Source: Sphagnum compactum
Taxonomy: Eukaryota
DNA: 64,000 nucleotides
NCBI GenBank assembly: GCA_965153455.1
Contig: OZ234494.1
Coordinates: 372,001-436,000 of the forward strand
Reading direction: 5' to 3'
Part shown: positions 54,728 to 64,000 of the stretch, piece after piece
Numbering within the stretch: position 1 is the first letter of the stretch
Layout: each line of letters begins with the position of its first letter
Position numbers and translations under genes: made by a program
Notes under the pieces: model-generated
What the model was told of the DNA's origin: nothing
Seen by the model: the letters and a program-made list of their open reading frames with translations, nothing else
Database searches by the model: none

Positions 54728-54964
54728 CTACTTCAGAAGATGAGGGAAGCATACTCCTACATCGACCTTGGGATGCTTAGCTTCTGCATGCTCTCTGCAC
54801 TTGACCTCACTGGTGGTGCACATGAAGGTCTGCATGCATGTCTTACACTGTATGGTCATGGCTTTTTTATTCGTGTCAAGCTGGCTGCCTTTTGCAGCCT
54901 GCTTTGCCTTCTCTGCATTCCTTTCTCTTGCAGTTTTCGACTTCTGTGCATTTCCTCCACCCAT
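54728..54964 (-). CDS. Small 78-aa SERF/4F5 + C2H2 zinc-binding protein (At2g23090 / ZNF706-like)
   Basis: MGGGNAQKSKTARERNAEKAKQAAKGSQLDTNKKAMTIQCKTCMQTFMCTTSEVKCREHAEAKHPKVDVGVCFPHLLK* in a single coding exon. A probable 5'UTR intron spans 55017-55556 (AAG|GTAAG ... AACAG|). Confidence 0.92.
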   Translation of the reverse strand: MGGGNAQKSKTARERNAEKAKQAAKGSQLDTNKKAMTIQCKTCMQTFMCTTSEVKCREHAEAKHPKVDVGVCFPHLLK

Positions 54965-55822
54965 GTTTGACTTGAATGACTCGTACACAACAATCCCTTG
55001 AACCTCTAAGCCGTCCCTGTTTCCAAACAGCACAACTCCCTCTTCTAGCCACACCCGTTCCCCGTCTGCCACACAAGATTTTCCTTCTTCTTCTTCTTCT
55101 TGGTCCTGACTTTTCACCGACTCCTCTCTCTCTTTGGATACCCTGCAAAGTCGTTTCACAGTCAGTCAAACCCTACCCCACTATCATTCTCGAATAGAAC
55201 CCACTCTGAAACTCCTCCACCACTTGCTACCCTCCATATCTCAACGTCAAACACGTCAGCATCATGCCCTCCACATCCCAAGTCTCCGCTTCTTGCTCTC
55301 CCCCACACAATCTATCGTCGAAATCACCCCCAAAAACCAGAAAAAAGGAGGAGGAAAAAAACAAGAAAACAAGAAAACTTCCCTCATCCCATACCATCTC
55401 CTCTGATCTCATCTCCGAAACAACAAGGCGAGAAAATCAAGTATAGCAGCACCAAAAACACATGTCGCCGCCACCACAACTATCACTACCACCATCTCTC
55501 TCTCTCCCCCGCCACCCCCCTCTCTCCCACAACCCTTCCATCATCAGTTTTCTTACCTTAAGAGAAGCAATCCAGCACAGATGAAGCTCCTTCTTTTCAC
55601 GCAAACAGCCACCACATTCCTTCACCCGATGCAGACGCCAATCCCTTTCCAAAATCCTCCACCGATTCCACAACGACACAGCCACAGGCGCAGCAACTCT
55701 TGTGCAAACCCTACACGCAACGCGAGCTTCCTCGCTCGCTCGCTCGCACGGACGCCCGCTTTCGAAGAAATGAGCAGCAAGGAAGACAAGAAGCGAACTA
55801 AGTGCGAGATTACATACACCGC

Positions 55823-56430
55823 ACCAGTGCCTACGCGGATGGATGAGTCTGTAGCTTCATCCTAAATTACAGACCCCATACAAGTGCCTTCATGGATGGT
55901 TGATTCTCGGACTTCGTCCTCAACTACTGAACCCGTACAAGTGTCTTCACGGATGAATGATTCTCTAGCTTCGTCCTAAATTACAAATCCCGTGCGAGTG
56001 CCTTCATGGATGGATTCTTCTCTGGCTTCATCCTAAATTACAGGCACAACTTCCAATGTGGATGGATGAACTGTTTTTCTGGCTTCTCTCAGATTACAGA
56101 CACCACACAATTTGCCTCTTTGTGAATTTGGATTGATTTTTCTGGTTTCATCCCAGATTACGAAACCCGCACAAGTATCTATTTGATGGATGGTTTCTAC
56201 GGCTTCATCCCAGATACCAATCACCGCAGAACCACCTTCGTGGATGTATGCTGTTCCTCTGGCTTCATTCCAGATTACGAACTCCTTACAAGTGCCTTCG
56301 TGGATGGAAACATCCTCTGCCTTCATCCCAGGGTACAAAAAGAGCACATGCCTTTTGCAGGATGGATGATTTCTATGGCTTCAGTTGTAGATGACAAATA
56401 CGGCGCAAGTGCCTTCGTAGATTACAAAGC
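55823..56430. repeat. Degenerate 57-bp tandem array, about 10-11 units
   Basis: A GCTTCATCC-like anchor recurs at 55854, 55911, 55968, 56025, 56082, 56145, 56202, 56262, 56320 and 56378; each unit also carries AGTGCCTTC.TGGATGG. Confidence 0.85.
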
Positions 56431-56959
56431 CTTGGCGGATGGATCATTCTCTTGACTCTTTCATTGATGAAGAGCTGGAAAAATCATCCAATTCTAAGGC
56501 CCCCGCCCCCCGGCAACTACTTCGGATGAGAATTAGTAGCCAATTTGTATTTTCCCTTTTTTTTAAAATCCAAAAACTAAGTTATATGATCAATATAATA
56601 ATAATTATTATTCTTATAATTATTCCCCTATATGTATAAACACACTATAATAAAGGGCTATTATTGATGTTATAATAATTTCCCAATTTGAACATAAAAT
56701 AATAAAGGCCTCTTATTATATATACCCTGTGTTGTGCAGGCCTTCACTTTTGTTAATAACCGTTGGATCCCGGTTATTTTAATTTTAGGAAGTATAGAAC
56801 CGGCAGTTCCATTTATTTATTTAATTTTTTATAAACTATTTATTTAAATAAATCACAATGAAAAAGAACTTCCGGTCCTTAGGGATTTGAATCTGTTCAA
56901 AGAACCCGGAGTTTCATGAAAGAACCTGAAAAGAACCGTCAGTATAGGGCCGGTTCTTT

Positions 56960-59469
56960 GAACTTCCACACTGGGGTTATTGATCCCCGCAGTAAACTTT
57001 TCCAGCAATGGTACAAGGTTTTCGTGATCTCTTGTCTACTTGCTATCTTCGTTGATCCCCTCTTCTTCTATTACCTTCCCGTTGTGGATGGATATCAATC
57101 TGCTGGAGGTGGAACTTGCATCAAATTTTCTAGGAAGCTGGCAATGTCACTGACCGTGCTTCGCAGCATTACCGACACCTTTTACTTGATTCACATGGCT
57201 CTGCAATTCCGGACAGCATTCCTTGCAGATGCCAATCGGATGTTTGGCGGACGTCAGTTAGTGGTGGATCCCTATCAAATTGCTATGCGGTACTTGAAGA
57301 AGGATTTTTGGCTAGACTTGGCGGCCCTCTTACCTCATCCGCAGGTACTTCCTAATCACAAACAATGGCCTTGACTTAGGGAATAACCAAGCAGTTTTTT
57401 ACCATAGTACCTTGGCAACTTTGACACATGTTTGTTGGATTATTAATCAATTTTTAAGTTTCCATTTTGACAAATAAAATATTCTTGAAGATTCAATATT
57501 TTCCTTCACAATTCTTTTGTTATTTGAAGAAAATAAAATTTTGAACATTTGAACATTTCTGAAAATGATATAATTAGTTTTAAAGCTGCCAAGGTGGTAG
57601 GGTATTTCAGAGATTTAGCTGGATATGCTCATGATTCATGTGCGATGCAAGAGCATCATGTCCAAAACTAGTTGAATCATTTCTTGTTGCTATGCAGTTG
57701 GTTATATGGATCATTCCACCAAAAATGGCTGGCTCAACTGCAGTTGCCACCAAGAAAATGCTAGGCTTCATTGTTTTCTTCCAGTTCTTTCCTCGCCTAT
57801 TTCAGATCTTCACTATGACATCTAAAATGCTTAAGAATCCAGGGGTGCTGATAGAAACTCCTTGGGCAGTTGATGTGTACAATCTATTGCTTTATTTACT
57901 TGCCAGCCATGTAAGTCCATGCCTGTTCTCACCCATTGCTAGGTAGCAGATGGAAATTCTATGAGGGCAACATCAGATGTAGGCAGGACTGCAGACACAT
58001 CATCTAATGATAACATGCCTGCATGTGGTAGGTGCCTGACGGTGTTTTAGAAGAGACAGGCACATACATCATCTGATGATAGCATATATACCTGCAGGTA
58101 GTAGGCGTATGCTGGTACTTCCTTGCAGTGGACCGCCAAGTCACATGTTGGAAGTACAATTGCCAACAAGAGACCAACAGCCTATGTACCAATGCATTCT
58201 TTGATTGTAATTCACTTGACCCAAAGTATATACACTTGCTGCTAATCGAGCTAGCTGGATGAACTCTTCAAATATCACCATGAATTGTGATACTATACCG
58301 ACCCCCAACCCCTTCTTTGATTTCGGTATCTATGTGACTGCTATTAATAAGGGCATAACAACATCAACTATAAGGTTCATTGACAAATACTTTTACTGTG
58401 CATGGATTGGTTTGTTGAGCTTGAGGTGAGTGCCTTGCTCTCTGTTGGTAGATTAGGTTTTGTTGTAATCCATGTGTGTGGATTGGTTTGTTGAGCTTGA
58501 GGTGAGTGCCTTGCTCTCTGTTGGTAGATTAGGTTTTGTTGTAATCCATGTGTGTGGATTGGTTTGTTGAGCTTGAGGTGAGTGCCTTGCTATCTGTTGG
58601 TAGATTAGGTTTTGTTGTAATCCATGTGTGTGGAATGGTTTGTTGAGCTTGAGGTGAGTGCCTTGCTATCTCTTGGTAGATTAGGTTTTGTTGTAATCCA
58701 TGTGTGTGGATTGGTTTGTTGAGCTTGAGGTGAATGCCTTGTTATCTCTTAGTAGATTAGGTTTGTTGCAGTCCAAGCAAAATGATCTGTCGACGTTTTG
58801 GAGCACTACCTTTGCCATTTCAACAAATAGGTAGCTTATTGTTTGATTGTTCAAATTGCACTTGAAGGAGACATTCATGTTATTAAATCCAAGGATCATG
58901 TGTCTTTTTTATTTTTTCATGAAAAGAAAAATTTTAATGATTTTTGGAAACTTTTTATTAAATATGTCTAGAGTTTCTTAAAACATCACGTTCAAAAGTG
59001 TGTATACTTATATTTCATCTTGAAAAACAGGCATAATTTAAAATCATACCGAAATATGTTAACTATTCAAAATTTAATTTATTGTATCACAAGTTATAAC
59101 TTTGTTTTATATGTCATGTACATGTGATTAAAGGCTTTTGAAATTTTGAGATTTTGAAGCATATTTTTAAAATTTTCAATTATAAATTTGGTGTTTCTAA
59201 TATTGTGAATGTTTTGTGGATTGTGTGCGACAAGTATTATCATATATGACATTTAGGCTTGAAGAGATGAATGTGAAGCGACGTGATAATGAGGATTGGA
59301 TGAAATATCGTAAGTTACCTCATGAATTAGTGGAACGTGTGTCTGCTATTTCGATCAATACAAGTGGGTGGCAACCTTGGGGGTAGATGAGGAGAAGCTA
59401 ATGCAAAACCTTCGTGTGTATTTTCATTGGGACATCAAACGACACCTTTGTTTAGACCTTGTTCGACAT
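56960..59469 (+). pseudogene. CNGC: Cyclic nucleotide-gated channel (CNGC) pseudogene / truncated copy
   Basis: Exons ~56960-57344 (IDPRSKLFQQWYKVFVISCLLAIFVDPLFFY..LRSITD.FY..H.ALQFRTA..IAMRYL..LPHPQ), 57698-57910 (QFFPRL..IETPWA..YNLLLYLLASH), 58097-58425 (VVGVCWYFLAV..FDFGIY..KYFYCAWIGLLSLS; frameshift near 58230) and ~59255-59469 (LEEMNVKRRD.E.WM..R.LP..QYKWVATLGVDEE..DIKRHLCLDLV; frameshift near 59345). No pore/S6 exon or CNBD exons were seen. Confidence 0.85.
58404..58770 (+). repeat. 76-bp tandem repeat x~5 spanning a CNGC exon-intron junction
   Basis: Near-identical units at 58404, 58480, 58556, 58632 and 58708: GGATTGGTTTGTTGAGCTTGAG|GTGAGTGCCTTGCT.TCTGTTGGTAGATTAGGTTTTGTTGTAATCCATGTGTGT. 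Confidence 0.95.
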
Positions 59470-62400
59470 GTAAGTGTGTTTATTTTATGGTAGTTGATGA
59501 TGTTATGGACACTTTAGGGCTTTCATAAAGTAGAACATGTCTACTAAAGAATACATGGATTGGTGGAGTTTTATTGTTGTATTTGTTATTTTGTGTTAAG
59601 TTCTCAAAATGAAGGTCCATGCCAAGAAATATTCCTATAGGCATAAAACACGATTAACCATTGTGTAAGTGTTGTTCCAGAACATAATTGGACCTCCTAA
59701 TGCAGGATCCCATTCTTGTAGCAAATTATGCACATATTATGAGGGTAGCATGTTAGGGAGGGGGGCTTGAAATTCTGTCACAAATCCACTGCAAATGAGA
59801 TTGTAGGTACATGATCCAAAACCCTAAACCCTAGAGCTGAATTATACTAAAATTTCCCACCCTCTCTCCTTCTCTCTCTCCAAGTTTAGGCTCTTAAACC
59901 CTAAACATGAAACCTGATTCTACTCAATCTCTAGACTAAACATTTCCATGTATACAGGACACATAGATCAAGGTTATTAGAAGAAGGAGACCACCATGAA
60001 GCCTATTAGTGATAGGGATTGTGAACCTTTGTCAAATTGATGCTACATGTAATGAACAAGAATAATACAAAGTCCCCAAGATTACAAGCTTTTGAGAATT
60101 GTTCATTCCTCTTTGTCAAAGAGCACTTCTAGATTCAAGGACAAATGCCCAATGCATCCATACTTGCATTAGTTTGAGGCAGAATTGAAATTTTGAAAAT
60201 TTTCCCGCCCTCGTATATAAATTTGCATATGTATCATGGGGTTCATGATGATAGCACAACATAATGCATGATGACATGATGCATCGATACATTGTGATTT
60301 CGATACACTCCAAAATGTAACAAAAATTTATTATCATTGTTGCCAACAATATTTAATACTAAGTGAAAAATATATTTATTAACAATTTTACTCACATGCA
60401 CATATTTTCAACTTGGGGCAAGATGCGCTTAACTTTTAAAAAAGTACCAAATGTAAGCACCTGGTAGGCACCTATCATCAAAACTTGGTGATCATTTTAT
60501 GTTGGGGACTTAAAACCCTACTAGGATCGATCCTACCATTTTTCTTTCCTCATTTTTTTATAGAATAATTAGCTGCATTTACATTTTTTAAAAATCTCCG
60601 TAGCTAAATCTTTTTTTTTCCCCACTAAATGACATTTTTTTTGCCAAAAACCAATCATATCACTGCTAATTCTTTTCTTTGTTGATTAAATATAACTAGA
60701 TAATTATATTAAAATCAAACGATTTTTTCTTTGATTGAATATAACCAAGACAATTTATTAAAATAAAAAATTTATCATTTTCAATAGCCATAATTCAATA
60801 AAAATTTGAATTCCATTTTTAGATTTTTATATATAGTTCAAGCATGTTGCCAAAAATCTTTTAAAATACTTTTAAAATTTTACTTTTGAATTTAGCTTGT
60901 AAGAAAATCTAACAAAATTTTCCTATGTATCATTATGTATTATTGTCACTTTGACCAAAACACATTTAACAAAATAAAACGTTTTTATGATCATGGTCAA
61001 ATGAACACCTTAACCCTATGCCATATGAGGCATTAGTATCATGTCACAAAATATAATGGAAAATGTCATGCCATCATGTATCAATATAATTCATGATATA
61101 GTCCCCACCTTGAAGAGTTATCCCCTTTAACCATCAAAGTAAGAAAAAATATTTGACTCTTCTCGACATTTTCTTTAGGGAATGTGTCTCACATCCCTTC
61201 ATCAACAAGTAGGGTTTTTTGTATAGGAAAAGGGTTAGGGCCAAAAGCCTTTCCTTGGCAAATGTCTAAATTATCTTATAGCGAGTGGGCAAAGGTTTTT
61301 TAACAAAGGGTAATAGGCATGTTGGTCTCATTGTGCTAAATATTGTCTTAACGTTTGGGTTCACCATATATTATACCTATGATTAAAAATCGAAATTTTT
61401 TTGTTGAAATATTTATTTATTTATTTATTAAAAAAAGAAAGTTCAACAACCCCAATTTGTAATTTTCGCAATTTTGGTAGTTAAGGAATAAGTACAAAAG
61501 GTGAACCTTGCATTTTGACTAAAGGTTTTTTAAAACAAAATAATAAATAAATATTTTTTTTAATGTTTTCTTTTGTAGTGGTGTCAAAAAATAACCAACA
61601 CCATCCATGTAGGTAATTAGATTTTGAAAACTCAATACCATTCTATTATCCATTTAACTAGTTATCAGAAAATTAAAGAATCCGTTGGTAGGTTATTAAT
61701 ATCTAGGTTGATAACCGAAAACTCAATAACCGGTCAACACTAGTTCAAACTAATGTTGAAGGGGTATAGTGATTTTTTTCATACCTTCAAAGTAAGGGTA
61801 TATATGATTTTTGTAAAAAAAATACCTTCAAGGTAAATACTTAATGACATTTATTTGGGCAAATGTTAAATACGATAGGGTATTTACCTTGAGGGTAAAT
61901 TAAATATGTGTTTATAGTATTAAAACTAAAACACATGTTTGGTTTTCATTTTTACTTTTAACATTTTATGCCCAAATCTTACACCAATGTGTAACCTTTT
62001 CCCTATGGGCAAATGCAAAAATACAACATGCTTTAATTGAACAATTGATCCATTCTTGAAAGTGAGTTTACAACTTTGGTTTCATATGAATATAAACAAA
62101 TTAGATAGGAAACAAAAGATTGTCATTATAGATTTTGAACAAGTAGAAAACAAAAATCTATTCGAGCTTGCAATATTGTTCTACCTAGGATTCACCAAGT
62201 TAGTTTTTTCCAACTCAAAATCACATCATCATATGGAAAACCAATTGAACTAATTTTTAAAAAAAAAACCATGTGAACACATAGATCTCCAAATGTGTCA
62301 TTAAGCAATGCCATGACCTATTTTTCATGGACAACTTATTGAATGCTCTCTCATCTGCCATAGAACCAAGCACTTAAATCATAGCCATTTTAGCAAGCTT

Positions 62401-64000
62401 GATGTACTTAACTTCCATAACAAGATGGGTGATAGCATTGTGACATCATTATTGGCTTAACAAATAAAGATGGGTGATACCATTGTATAGACTCACTTTA
62501 CTACATTAAGATTTCTATGGAAAACTTGAGTGAAATAGTGTTAACATTTTGACTTGTCACAAACTTTTCATTAAAATTTTAAATACATTTTGGAAAAAAA
62601 TTCAAAGATATATTCAATGAATGTGGATTGTGAAAAAATAACATGAACATGCAACCAACTATGCATACACTATAAAAATATTAGAATGAAAACTGCACAT
62701 CAATCATGTCCATGGATAATTGCTCACTATTGAAAGATGGTAGTTGAAAAATAACTACTAGGTATGCCATAAAAATATTTTGCAAAATGTTACCCATTTT
62801 CTATTCAAAAAACTTGGTGGGAAATATACACATCCAAAATGGATGACAACAACCATTAGTATCAACTATCAATATTCACTTTGGCATGACTAACAAGTCA
62901 TGCTCAACAATATTTGAAATGAAATAATTGGATTTTTTGCAAATAGTATATTGTTAGTAATGTTTTATATTTTGCTCATTGAGACAAAAGGTATTTCATG
63001 TACAAAACAAGTCATCTAGATCTCCTCACATAATAAAATTAGCTAGGATAGGATGTTGGGGAAAAAGAGCATTTATGTAAACAAACACCCAAAACCCTAA
63101 ACCCTAAACCCAAATTGGGACACCTAGCAATAGAAAAAACACTCACAATTACATCATAACAAAAATCTACAAATTTTATACATAGGAATTAAAGACTCAT
63201 CAAATTAAAAGGAATTATTGGCTTACCCAAATAATGAGATCCTTGCTATATAACTCATATGAATTCCAAAGGTAGCCATTATTTGACATGACTAATATGT
63301 AGCAATGCACGTATGAAGTGTGTTGATGTGAACATTGTCATGCACATTCCAACCTAGGTTGAATATGGAGTGTAACACATGAGAGGCACGGAAAGTTAGG
63401 GAAAAATACTAGCTATGATTTGATAATGGTTCAATAGCAAAACATGTAGAGCTAAATTAAAATACAAGGTTAGGATGAATAGTCAATACATTATTGCTTT
63501 TAACCTTTTGGTTAATACTTGCCCAACATTTGAAATAACCATTATCAAATCTAAAATTTATTTCACCTTTCTTTGGGGTAAACATAAGCTTGTATTTAGC
63601 ACAACAAAATGTGGTTTTTACATTAAAATTGCTTATTGTTGATGGAATTTTAAAAAAAAGTTTGCCCTCCCTTTCAATTTTAAGGGTTTCATCATTTCAT
63701 CCTATTGTTTTAGGAGGCATAAGTGGCATGATGACATTACATCTTTCCCCTCATTATCTCGTTGAGATATGCATCCTTATGGGGGCATGTACATGGGGTT
63801 TCTTCATATGTATTCTCTTTGATATTCTTTGAAATTTGCATAATAATACCGTTTATTATGTATGGCTTGGAGGGTTTGTAAGATGCCACCTTCCAAAAAG
63901 TCATCTTCATCCACATAAGATACATACATTCACTTAAGGTCCCACTTGTATGTATGCAACTAAATTCTTTTAGCCAAGGGCTTTACATGTATGTGCGGGA

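Noticed and set aside
55823..56430. CRISPR-like appearance of the 57-bp array (also 58404-58770 and 10396-10592)
   Set aside because: The intervening sequences are homologous to each other rather than unique spacers, no cas genes are present, and the context is eukaryotic.
59818..63110. Telomere-like AAACCCT repeats (~59818, ~59896, ~63092)
   Set aside because: Only 1-3 units each; these are short interstitial motifs, not a telomere.

Overview
Eukaryotic land-plant genomic DNA with GT-AG introns and AT-rich, transposon-littered intergenic regions. It looks bryophyte-like (possibly Sphagnum), which is an impression and not demonstrated. From left to right: (1) the last nine exons of a UBP12/13 (USP7-type) deubiquitinase (+); (2) a decayed Ty3/Gypsy chromovirus (-) lacking RNase H and abutting a CACTA-ended long-TIR element; (3) a very large kinesin-7 (KIN-7O/CENP-E-like) gene (-), about 43 exons and roughly 2,500 aa by hand annotation, with internal and whole-exon duplications; (4) a myeloid leukemia factor (MLF)-family gene (-); (5) an intronless 425-aa orphan ORF (-) with a bZIP-like basic motif and a C/EBP-like zipper about 200 aa apart, behind a repeat-rich leader; (6) a hAT/ZNF862-like transposase relic; (7) PGAP3/Per1 (+); (8) a small At2g23090/ZNF706-like zinc-finger gene (-); (9) a 57-bp (19-codon) repeat array; (10) a CNGC pseudogene (+) whose splice donor has been amplified five times. 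Two copies of a Tourist-like MITE and several tandem repeats are also present. No rRNA, tRNA or CRISPR array was recognised. All family calls come from motif recognition by eye; no searches were run.
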